Positions 37,701-48,959 of a stretch of 64,000 nucleotides of DNA are shown here, one piece after another. The position numbers and the translations under genes were made by a program. Origin of the DNA: Fimicolochytrium jonesii. Taxonomy: Eukaryota. The DNA is taken from NCBI RefSeq assembly GCF_025526975.1, contig NW_026515684.1, positions 186,001 to 250,000 on the forward strand, in the 5' to 3' direction. The stretch's first letter is position 1. Every line of letters begins with the position of its first letter. The notes below the pieces were generated by a model. That model did no database searches and was not told where the DNA came from. It saw only the letters and a program-made list of their open reading frames with translations.

Positions 37701-39168
37701 CTTCTAGGCTTGATGTCGGTCACCGCATTTCTCCTGGCCCATCATGTTCCCCAGAGCTTGGCTTAGCGATGGCTTGCGAACCTGAAGAGGCCAAAGTCCC
37801 ATCCGAAAATGGTTCAGAATCCTCGTCGAGCTTACAAGCGTCAGTGGACAAATCTCCCACGCGGCCCATTGCGAGGGACAGCAGCTTCATTGAAACCAGA
37901 TCCACATCGACACCCACCTACGAACCGTCACCATCAAAAAGCAGCTCGCGTTCCGGGACACCCTTGAGTATGTCATACGTCGCACCTTCTCCTCGCTCGC
38001 CTCTCGTGAAAAGTCCATCCATCATGGCAATTGAGAATGATGAGAACGCCGATCGAGTGGACCGCATCAAATCTCCCGTTGGGCCCCCGGTGAAGCTTGC
38101 GGTGCCCGTGCGGACAATGTCGCCTTTCGCCGACAATCCCGTGCGAAAGACACGGAAGGATTCTCCTCCCAAAATCATTGAATCGCCTGCAAGTAAGTGG
38201 TATTCCGGGCTTTCCAATGGCATCTGCATTGTGTGATGCTGATGGTTCTGCCATCTTCAGCCTTCAGGAGGAAGCTTGAAAAGGAGATTGAAAAGGCGAG
38301 TCCTCCTCCACCGCCCCGCGCTGCGACTCCGCCACGACCGAAGATGATGACCCGTTTGCAAGCGAAGCTCATCGAAGCGGCTCAAAAACCTGATGCAAGC
38401 CCAAAACGCGTCAAAGCGATTGCTCAATTGGAGGAAGACCGGGAAGATGGCCTCCGCGCCCAACAGCACTGGGAGGAGCGGATACCCATGAAAAGCTACA
38501 TGGCTGACGCAGACTGGTTCCAGGCCAAATGGAAAGCAGAGCAGGATTGGAACGAGAAACAATTCAAGCTTGAAGCAGAACGGAAGGCTAGGCAGGCGGA
38601 CCTGGAAGCCAATGAAGCGCGGCTCCGTGCACGTTACGGACCGCACCCAGTTCCCGCCGAACCGCCTGCTCGATCTACTAGGAATGCTTCACGTGCAAAG
38701 AAGGATTTGGACGAGCCCCCTGTCAGAAGTTGTAAACCTTTTCTCGATCTGGGCGAGGCGACCTATATTGATGAGAACGGACGACAAGACAGAAGGCTCC
38801 GGGAACGCAATGCATCCAACTCTCAGCCACAGGCCACATCTAGTACAGCCACCAAAACAGCACGCGCCAAAACGACCAAAACGACTCTAAAGAAGTACGA
38901 ACCAGCCCCAGATCAGCCCATGACCCTGGAGGATCTGGAGCCAACCCCTAGGCCGAAGCGAAAAGCAGCAACCGCGGCGTTGGCTGCCATCACTCATCAA
39001 CCTGCTCGTCCTGCCACAAGAGCTGGATTGGGCAGAACCGACCCTGTCCGTCTGCCTCCCATTAAACGACCGCGTGCGACCCCGGCTGCCCAGCCGCTGG
39101 GTCGAACCGTCGTGACGAGGCAGATGCGAAAGCTACAGGGCAGAAAGCCTTCCTTCGACGGGCTTTGA
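34791..39168 (+). CDS. ELYS/AHCTF1-like nucleoporin (beta-rich N-terminus, ELYS helical domain, disordered basic tail)
   Basis: FPPQNLQELCDLL...VLYLLKDL...AFWALDHGNF.EA is the ELYS-domain pattern; preceded by ~450 aa of beta-strand-rich sequence and followed by an S/P/R-rich tail. Confidence 0.7.
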
Positions 39169-39443
39169 AAACATTTTTGCGACATGACATTTTCTCCTAC
39201 AACCCTGTCCTTGTCGCGATCGTCCTTTTCAAACATATACGGGACTCGGACCTCCTCTGACTTCTCGTAGACATTGCACGAAAATCATGGTTATACAAGG
39301 ACAGGGACCTGTCACACATTAGCATTTGCGTTCCGTTTTCATGTATGTTACGCCGAACTTTAATAACATTTTCGTAAAAGTAAACGATGTAGGATGTGAG
39401 TTCGCGGGCGTGCCCATGCATTTAAGAGCGAACCGCAGAGACA

Positions 39444-42339
39444 TTATAAGATAAGAGGCGGCTGCTCAAGCTGCTGCCGTTCGGCCTCCGTCTGAGCTCT
39501 AGATGAGCATCTCGAAGAGGCGGTCAGCGACGTGACATCTGATAATGGAGAAGAGCAACGTAAATTTGGGTGTCGTCCACGACACAACACAACAGACTAT
39601 CAGTATACAGAGTTCGAATAACTTACCCCAATCCGAAGTAGCAGCCGATCTTCTGCTCTGGATGTCCGCTTCCGACCGCATGCATTCGTACAGGAGACGG
39701 TCCAAGTCCTGTCTCGTTATCGGCTGAGACCAAAGAATCTGCATATGAGCACCGACGAAGAGCGTATGATCATGGTATAACCAGCCAAACAACACCACTT
39801 ACCCGTTCTTCGCCCTCCTTCAACAATCGTAGCCGTTCGTCTATCTCATTCAATCGGGTCAGTTCGTCTTTCAGTAAGACTTCGGGGCCTTCCATGGCTT
39901 CTCGTTCATGGAATACTGTCTCTATGTCTGCAAAAGCCCAGTGTGAGATTTGGAATAGTGGCCACTTCTTGCAGTCTCGGATGATCACCTCGACTCTCAA
40001 ATGCTTTGCCGATGTTCTGATTAGACCCCATAGCAGCCTTGGCATCCCCAACATCATTCATCTGGTTACCGGCATGCATAAGCCAACCCTGTGTCCTTGA
40101 CATTGCCAGCGACATTGACATGGATCTCGGGACGGCCAGAGGTGTTTGGTGTCCGGAAACAGTGGTCGATGTTGCGGGCGTGGACCAGATGATGGATTTG
40201 GCGTCCCATTCTGGCTCGGGGATGATGAGTTGAAGCTTTCTGTGAATCGCGGTCGGAGGCTGTGAGTGGATCGAACCTGAAAATAATGACGTAGGAAACT
40301 CTCGCACGGTGACGAGATGAATACAAACCTGTCGATGTCAAATAACCGCATACGCTCGGGATCATCAGGGAAGAATGCACTAGATGTGGTGGACATGGGT
40401 CTTGGCATGTGCGACGCTCCTGCATCTGTACTTGTAGATGTGGTGTCTGTCCTCGGCCTTGAATGTATGCATTCGGTCCCATTCGGCCCATCAGCACGTC
40501 CGTCCACCCAGCTTTCAACGTCGTCGCCTTCCTCATCATCCATTCGACGTAAGATGTCTTCGACGCGGTCGCATTCTTCTTCCGTCATGGCGCTGTAATA
40601 TCGGGCATCGGGTCCGAGCTTTCAGAAAGTAGTCCGGGGTTCAGTATTTCGACGATCCAATAATGTGGTGACATACAAATAGAAGCGAGACATACCACAA
40701 TGTTTCGTTGGATGAAGTCTCCTTTCTTGTAACCTTTCCTCTTATTTGTCGCCGTTTCGGTTTGTATTAGGCCTGATAGGGCCGAAAACAAGCAGCCTTC
40801 GGTGAGCGCCGACGCAGACTTCAAGAATACCAGTCGGAAACAACAATGACACTTTCCCATCTCACCTTCTTCACCATCTCCAGCCTCTACTGCCCGCGCG
40901 GGCGCGATCCCACTAGCGTTCCTCAATGCTTGTACCCCAATTTTGACCCTCGTCCCACCATTCCGAGTGCCAAATTTGGGCTCTGTGATGAATGTCCGAG
41001 TGTCGAGCGAGTGCACACTTTTCAGCTCGAGATCCTGCGACGAGGTATCGGACGCCGAGACGGAGTGAGCGTCTGCTTGATCATATCCGTCCTCATAATC
41101 GGAGTCGGAATCCGAATCGGGTTGCCGATCAGATGAAGCCGCCGTTCCAGGCTGGGTTGGATTTCGAGAACCAGTTGTGCTGGCTTCCCGAGATAGGCGA
41201 TCTCGTTTTAGGGCTTTGGCCATCTTGAGACATGTAATGCAACGGAAGATGTCCGTCAAGCTCGGGTTCTGATTATCGTGCCTGAACGCCAGGTCTTTTT
41301 GCATAGGAAGAGATTGAAATAGTTCGCCCGGTAACCTACCGTACTCTTTTCCTTCAGCAGCTTATCGAGCTCTTGAATCCGTGTAAGGCCTTTTGCGATC
41401 AGAGCCTTGAGCTCAGCTGGATCTGATGGGGTGGACGGCGATGGGTTGCTTTCCTGCTGCCACTTTGCTTAGTAAATGTTCGTACCCTGCATCCATGCGA
41501 CAAAACCATACTTCGTCATCGGCACCAAAGTCTGGCATGGCTTCCTTCGACTGAGCCAGATTCTCACGAAGGTTTAGGAAGACGCTTCGCACTTCTTTCT
41601 GGGAGGCTCATGGATGAATTTTACAATATCCCAACATAGCTCTTTCAAAGCAGTTACCTTTGTGGCATCCAGCTCGGTCCTCCGTTGCGCCATCTCTATC
41701 AGAAGGGCCTGGGTTACATTCCCATCGTCAAGCATCCCGAGAACATCCGGACCGTCTGCCGCCACATCCGCTACGGCGCTTGCCGCGGTGACTTCCCAAA
41801 CATCAGGTATTGCGCGGCTGGCTTTGGAACCTTGCTGCCTTTGTCACGTTGTATATTTGCGAGCAGTCATCATTTCCTATGTACTGAAAGAAGACCTACC
41901 TTGTCAATGCATCATCTGGTTGTTTTGAGCGGCCCACAGGCGTCATCGGCCGAGATCTACCCGGCGTTGGCGACGTGCAAATGGAAGCAAATCCAGCCGC
42001 GGAAGGATCTGCAACAGTTTTGCCTTAGCAGCGTATTGGCGAACTAAGTAACGGTCAGCATTGTGCTCCTTACGCTCATTAGGAAGAGGCGTAAGTCCTC
42101 CCCCAGTACACACGCTAGACCTGCGCACCATCTACCGAAAGACACATCAGTTCTGGGGTTCGCTGAACAGCTCAGTCTCAGTTGAGTGCGCCCTTACCTT
42201 CACTGGAGTACTGGTTGCAGATCTATTGGATGTAAGACGTGTCAGAACCTGTCTCCAGGACAACTGGAACTTATATCTAAACATCAGACCTGCCAATGTT
42301 AGCCCCATCGAATGCTCCGGCTTCCTGCGACCTTTCCAT
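39444..42339 (-). CDS. FSIP1 (fibrous sheath-interacting protein 1)-like protein, multi-exon; 5' exons approximate
   Basis: KGLTRIQELDKLLKEK; KKGDFIQRNI.LG...MTEEECDRVEDIL; RLNEIDERL match conserved blocks I recall from FSIP1 (DFIKRNIEL...MTEEEKKRL). Confidence 0.65.
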
Positions 42340-42497
42340 AGCTCGGGTTCCAATTGTGATGCTTTGAAATCTCTCTAAACCTTTTTCGATTTTAGGTGAT
42401 TTCTTTAGTGCGAACTGTCATTTACTCAACATCAAGTGCTGGGTCTTTCCGTCTCATTCCACCTGTTTCAGATCATCGAGGGGAAGAGGAGGGCTAT

Positions 42498-42590
42498 GCA
42501 ACTGACAGCGTCTCCGCGTGTACGTAAGCGCAATTGACAGCATCCGCGTCGATATGGTCGGGAAGACTTTCGGACGTCCTTTCTGGCAAC
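42498..42590. promoter_or_regulatory. Duplicated motif and X-box-like half site in the FSIP1-like/RSPH divergent promoter
   Basis: gcaactgacagcgtctccgcgt (42498-42519) and gcaattgacagcatccgcgt (42530-42549); gtcctttctggcaac (42576-42590). Confidence 0.35.
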
Positions 42591-42651
42591 ATCGGTGTGT
42601 GTTGATCTGAGACTTATCTATCCACCCAAAAAGCGAGGGTCAAAAGCAAAG

Positions 42652-45070
42652 ATGGAAGAAGAAGGCGCACCAGCTGCCCCCGAACAGCCAACCGAGCCAT
42701 CAGCAGCCCCCGAAGACGCGGCTGCCGCAGCACCCGTTGAAGCTGAACAGGCAGAACCTGTGCGGGCCGCCGAAGCACCAGCGACCGAACCGAAAGACGA
42801 AGTGGAGCCAGCTACACCTGTGGAAGTACACAAAGCTCAGCCTGTGCAGCCCGCTCATCCGTTTCTCAACCGCAAAGATGCGTACATCAAGCCGGACACT
42901 CAGCTTCCTGAGGACAGCGAGCTGGCGCTTGCCAAAGCATTTCTTATGTCTCAGAGCGATAAGAGTAACATGAACTTATATGATCACTTGACGGAGGTGG
43001 TCATGCACATTTTGGAGACTCGTCCGAACAACGTAGTGGGTGAGTTAGCATTGCCAATGTATCTATAAATGGGATGGGCGTACTGACAAGTTCGAACTTG
43101 CTATGGATCAGACGCATTTGAACGGATTTCCGCAGATATCAAGCGAACACACTTCCACGTAGACAAACCAACCGCCCCCGGAGCTTTCAAAGTAAGGATA
43201 CCCCATACGGTGATAGAACCGGAAAGCTTGGTCTGACACAGCAATGCCATCTAGAAAGTCCATGACGTCCATCCCGCCAGCGAGGTTGAAGCAGCGCAGG
43301 TGAAGCTATTCGAGGTATGCCAGCCTTCCTCATCGAATGCACAGCGCATCTTGAGTAGGAGCTGACGGTGAAATGAGCAGCGTTCATCTCTGGATGGTGG
43401 GGGCGACGATGCTGAGGGCGAGATCCCTGATATTATGGACCTCGCAAACCTCTGGGAATGGGCTGGGGTAAGCTCTTTCTCTAACGGATGATGAAGCCAT
43501 ATCTTGTTACTCATAGAAGATGTTTTAGGTCTCATTTGGAAAAGAAGAGATTTTCATGCTCTTCCTTTCTCTCAAGCGCCTGGTTACGGAAAAGCCTCTC
43601 GCATCCGTGAGGCTTTGGGGCAAAATCTTCGGCACACATGCAAACTACATCATCATCGAAGCAGAGCTAAAGGAAGGGTCCGAAGATGAGGAGGAGCCTG
43701 TCGAAGAGCCCGGTCCGGAGGCGGAAGCAGGCGAAGATGCGCAGGCCGGGCAAGATTCCGAAAACAGAGAGGGGGGTGAAGATGGGCAGGTCCAGTATCC
43801 AAAGAAGAAAGTGAAGCCGGTCGTCCCACTGCCGAAGGAGACGCGGGCTGGTGTCAATAAATATGTGTATTATGTGTGCAACTTCGGTATGTGGGACACA
43901 CGCGGTGGGGTTTTTGTCGACATCACAAGTATTGATTCGTAGACTATTCTTTCTAGCTGGAGGCGCATGGAGTCGGTTGCCGGATGTAATCCCAGAGAAA
44001 TTGCAGGCGTCGCGACGAATTCGCAAGCTGTTCACGGGTGATTTGAAGCGTCAGGTGAGGCAGTGAACCGCCAACCACCTGCTGCGAGATTGTATGTATT
44101 CATGTCATTACATCACAATCGCAGATTGTCAGTTACCCACCATTCAATGGAACCGAAGCACAATATCTGCGATGCCAGATTGCCCGAATCGCTGCCGCGA
44201 CCGTCGTGAGTCCGGCTGGATATTACGCTTTCGATCAGGAGGAGGAAAATGAAGATGAGGAAAACGGTATGCTTCAGAAAGCTTGTGCACACGCAAGTTC
44301 ATTCCATAAGTAGCTTGCTAATAGTTTGCCCTCCTGGAATGCTGCAGCGTCCCCAAGCATCATCATCAACCCGGAGTACGAGGCTCATTCCAACGAAGCT
44401 CTGCTAGAAATCTCCAATTGGGTTCATCACACACCCTACATTCTGCCGCAAGGTCGTGTCACCTGGGAGAATCCCAACCCACCCAAGGAGGAAAATGAAG
44501 ATGGCAATGAGGATGACGAAGGCAGCGAAAATGGATCAGGGAAGGACGGAGACGGGGAAGAGGAGCCGGAGGCTGAGCCAGAGACCGGACCACCGATTCT
44601 CTCCCCTCTGACGGGTGATGAAGGTACTCTTCACCTATGCACGTCGCATACGAAAGGAATGCTTGTCGATTCATGGGTTTTCCTTCTTTGCAGAACACGA
44701 CGGAATGGCCTGCTGGGTGTCTCGGATGTGCTCAACTCTCTCGTCGGCAAAGTTCTCGCCCATCCTGCTTCGATGCACGCGATGGCCAGGAGCCACCGTC
44801 GTCTCATACAACGAGAAGTTTGCCAATATCTACGTAGGCGATGGTCACAAGGACCAAACCCGCTTCGTGCCTCCTCCATTGCCCGAGTTGCAGAAGGAGT
44901 ACGCCACCGGTGAGGGCGCGGCGGGCAACGTGGAGTTCATTACCGAGCAAAATGACCCTAGTCTGGCCGAGGAGACTGCATTCGAAGAGGAAAGGAGGGC
45001 GCGCGAGGAGGAGCAACAGGAGGAGAGTGACGATGAGGGTAGAGGGGAGGAGGATGGGTCCGACGACTGA
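42652..45070 (+). CDS. RSPH4A: Radial spoke head protein 4/6 family
   Basis: [93 protein letters not shown]. Confidence 0.93.
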
Positions 45071-45440
45071 ACATCTGTAAGAATTTGATTCCACACACAG
45101 AGTAGAAAGCGAACTGTAAATCGTCTTCCAATTCAAAGCCTTCTTGATCGACCTGTGTTGCAAGAGGGTTCTGGTAGTCCGAAACACATCGATTCGGCAC
45201 TTCCCAGAAAGCAAGTAACAGATTGGGGGCGACATGCAGAAACTTAGTGTTCAGAGCGCTTGAGGAGCATGTTCATTGGGGGTATAGCGCAATTCATGTC
45301 GATTTCATACATCATGGGAATCCTGGTATGACGAGGAGGTGGAGGGGTGTCACTGGCAGCAAGCAAGCATCCAAATGGGAATGTCGAAAGCTGTCCCGCA
45401 GCTTTCCATATATGACATGATCTCTCGAGGGGTATAGATA

Positions 45441-46001
45441 TCACTTGTTCTTCTTCCGTAAATAGTCCGCTAACGTAGAGAAAGCCAGACACTGATAAAC
45501 ACACAAACCCCTCGATGCCCGTCGCCCCAGAAAAAGCGGCGCGAGACATACCCAACTTCTCCACAGCCTCAACAGCAATACTTGCATGCATCCCATTTTC
45601 ATACGTTCCCAAAATGTAAAATTGGTGCGTCCGACATATAATGATGCCGTTGCTCTTGTGTTTTCCATAGACGGCCATTCGATCTGCGCGGATGATGTGG
45701 TACTCCTCCTCCCCGAGCGTCAGGCCCGTGTCCATTGTCCGTGCCTCGCCTGGCTTTTCAAACGCATGCTGAATTAGGCTGAGGTCTGATGGTGACATCT
45801 GAATGATGGGAACCATCATAAGCGGTTGGGATATGGAAACATTTCATTAGCCTTCAGAGACACATCACATCTAGCTTGGCGAACAAGCGTTACCGAGAAC
45901 TGAGGCGACCGGCCCTTGATAGCTCCATCCTTTATCCGCAATATTGCACCATGCTGAATATGCTGTGTTGCCAGCAGCGCTTCTTCAAGTAGCGAGTTCA
46001 T
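45441..46001 (-). CDS. Profilin-4-like protein, 3 exons
   Basis: Exons 46001-45894, 45798-45552, 45469-45441: MNSLLEEALLATQHIQHGAILRIKDG...SPQFS MSPSD...YHIIRADRMAVYGK...RTHQFYILGTYENGMHASIAVEAVEKL ADYLRKKNK; closely parallels animal PFN4. Confidence 0.85.
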
Positions 46002-46499
46002 GGAAGAGACTTTGGACAAGTTTTTGGAACAAAACTCTCCTGTAACGGTTTACCCGAAAACGATATGCCTGATACTTGACTGTCAGGATGACAAGCTATC
46101 TGCTTGATTTCCCAACGACGGTTCCTTCAAATCTACGTAACAAACTTTCAGCTTCTAGGATTCAATACAGCGTAGGCTTTGTCACGCTTTGTGCAGGATT
46201 TGCTCAGAATGTTTAGGGAAACGGGGCAACGCGATGTTGTGGTCAGGCTGCACATTGCACCTCAATGCACTGCACTGACTTCTGAATTGGGGCCATGAAG
46301 ACATAGACAAGCTGTATGGATTGACTTGAGGAGCTGAAACCCCTGCGTAAGCCAAGGAATTGCCAAGGAATGGACGAACCTACTCTCAAATACATAAAGG
46401 GCTACTTCCTTGACGACTTGGCGTCCGTCCATCTTGGCCATCTTCTGTCATCTTGCGTTGGCTTACGCGTTGAACCTGCTTCAGAAGGCACCCATTTTC

Positions 46500-48221
46500 C
46501 CAACCACAAAACCGACAGACCGGGCCTATCACCAACAGCCTCCATACTACCCAACAGGGCTATCCGCAGCAGCAGCAGCAATCAGAGCAGCAATACCCTC
46601 TGCAAGGATATCCCCCGCAAAGGCGGCTACGCTCCTCCACCCGGCGGCGCACCACAACACCCATACAGCGCTCCACCTCAGTATGGGATATCCCCAACAG
46701 CAGCAGGGCTTTCCGGAACAGCAGCCCTATAGAATATAGCGCTCCGTACGGTGCTGGTCTGCCACAGCAAGGGTACCCGCAACAGTACCCGCAAGGATAT
46801 CCCCAGCAGCAGCATTATCCACCGCAGGGCTACCCACAGCGGCCAGGATACGGCACACTGCCGCCCCAGCAGGGATATGGAACGCAGGCCCCTGTGCTGT
46901 CGTACTATGCGACGGGGTCCCCGGCTTTGTCGGCTCAGGAGCTGGGGAGGGATGTTTAGGGGTTGAGGAAGGCGATGAGGGGTTTCGGGAGTGGTACATG
47001 TTTTCGTGCGAGACTGGTTGAAACGGAACCCATACCGGGCCGAGAATAGACCTGCCTCTTCATCCGGCAGACGAGAAAGCCCTCATCGAAACCCCAACCG
47101 AGCTCCCGACCAAGCACCGCAAATCGATACTGCCTACCGTGCTCATTTCGGCCGCGAACTTGTCAAAGACCTTGACTCTGAATGCGGCGGAAACTTCAAG
47201 AAAGTAATGGTATCCTTGACCATGTCGCTCCCGGAACTCGACGCCGGTTGTTTGAAAGAAGCTATGGTCTGAGATGTGACGTGGTGAAGAGGATTCCATG
47301 GTGGTGCTGAGCACCTGCTCGTTTTCTTTCCACCTTATCATGTTCCACATCTAGGCGGGATTGGGAACAGACGAAGATGCTTTGATCGAGACCTTCATTG
47401 GGCGACAAATGAAGGTCTCGAACCAATGCCGAATTGGCTGCGATCAAGAATGCATACAGGGCCAAATACAATGAAGATCTGACTGCAGTCTGAGACCCCC
47501 GACCACTTCAGGAAACTGCTTACTACAGTGTTGCAGGCTAGTCGGGATGAGACCGGACAGTCTAGGTCAATCCACTCACGACCGTGCACAATGTTTTGGA
47601 GATGTGAATACGCAATGCTTACGTTCCTTCGAAACGGGCACAGCCGGATGTCAGTGCGGATGTGGAAGCGTTCTACAGAGCCGAGGCGGCCAGAATTGGC
47701 ACGGATGAGAGCGCCTTCATCAGTCTACTTGTCGCCCCCGACGCGCATCTACGTACCGTCTTTGCGGCGTATAGGGCCAAGTGAGTGCAGCTTGGCGTTT
47801 TCGATGAGGCATGATTTCCATCTGTTGATGACGGTATAATAGGTATAAGCGTTTAGGTAGACTCTGTAGTGGAAAGCGCGTTTTCAGGCCACATGGGGAA
47901 GGCCCTCGTCAGCGTCAGTAAGTAACCACTACCCGCTTCATTCACCCATACGCAGAGTCACCAACCCATCCTTTCTCCAGTCAGTTCGCTCCGTCGAATC
48001 CAGGGCGGCTTACATCGCCACCTCTTTGAGAAATCAATGGCTGGGATGGGCACGAGAGAGAACAAGCTGATCCGCCCGAATGTGCGGCACCGCGACCCGC
48101 ACGTCATGGCAATGATCAAGGAGGCCGCATCAACAGCAGCTGGCGGAACGCTGTATGCTAGGATGGGTGAGGGATGAGTGGGGATTACTCGAAGGCGCTG
48201 CTGGCGTGTATTGGGGTTTGA
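46500..48221 (+). pseudogene. Annexin (A7-like, P/G/Y/Q-rich N-terminus) unprocessed pseudogene; start approximate
   Basis: Repeats LRKAMRGFG, GLGTDEDALIE, IGTDESAFI, MAGMGTRENKLIR, end GDYSKALLACIGV*; in-frame TAG at 46957-46959, several frameshifts, introns retained. Confidence 0.85.
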
Positions 48222-48959
48222 TGGGGATGAAGCGGAGGGGCACGAACGAGGTATTGAGGATTCTAGTCTTGGCAACTACTATGCTCACAGCTCTTGTAGT
48301 ACGAAAGAATAATCGCTTTTTTGGAGAGATTCCAAGAGGTCATTGTTTTATTTGACAGGTCGGAGACTGAATATGAGCGGCGTCATCGCCAAATGAGGTG
48401 CTGGGAACATAACAAAACGTTCTCACGCAATAAGCACGACGTGAACGCCACGGCTGCATAGCGAAATCATCATGGCAACATGATATTCGACCCACCGCAA
48501 ATCAACATCCGAGCCGTGACGCACAACGGCTTCGGGTGAACAGGCGACAGCTGTTCCCCATGACGGTCATTTCTAGTCAGGCTCTCGACGGCCTACCGAG
48601 ATGCGTTCGTATCGTTCACTAAAGCGCGCACGTCATGACCATGACGTGCAAAGATTTAAAAAGTACCCTAGCAAGCGTAGCGTAACATGTACTCTTTAGT
48701 GCAGGTTTACGACCCATCCGAAAGCGCAATGCTCATGGCATCTTGTATTGTGATCTTCGACAATGATTTGCAGACCGAAGAAATAGGTACTGTTTGCGAC
48801 CATTATACTATTTGCCCAGCCTAAACTTCATATGTACATGCTAAGAGAATCTACACGAGCGAAGGTATCTCACGGATGATATGTAGTATGTTCATGAAAC
48901 GGAGGATCGGCAACGGGTGATAGCCCGTCTACGCCGCCTCTATGAGGTTGCCCCGCGTA

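Noticed and set aside
46957..46959. Stop-codon reassignment or readthrough
   Set aside because: TAG, TAA and TGA all end conserved genes here, and this locus also has frameshifts.
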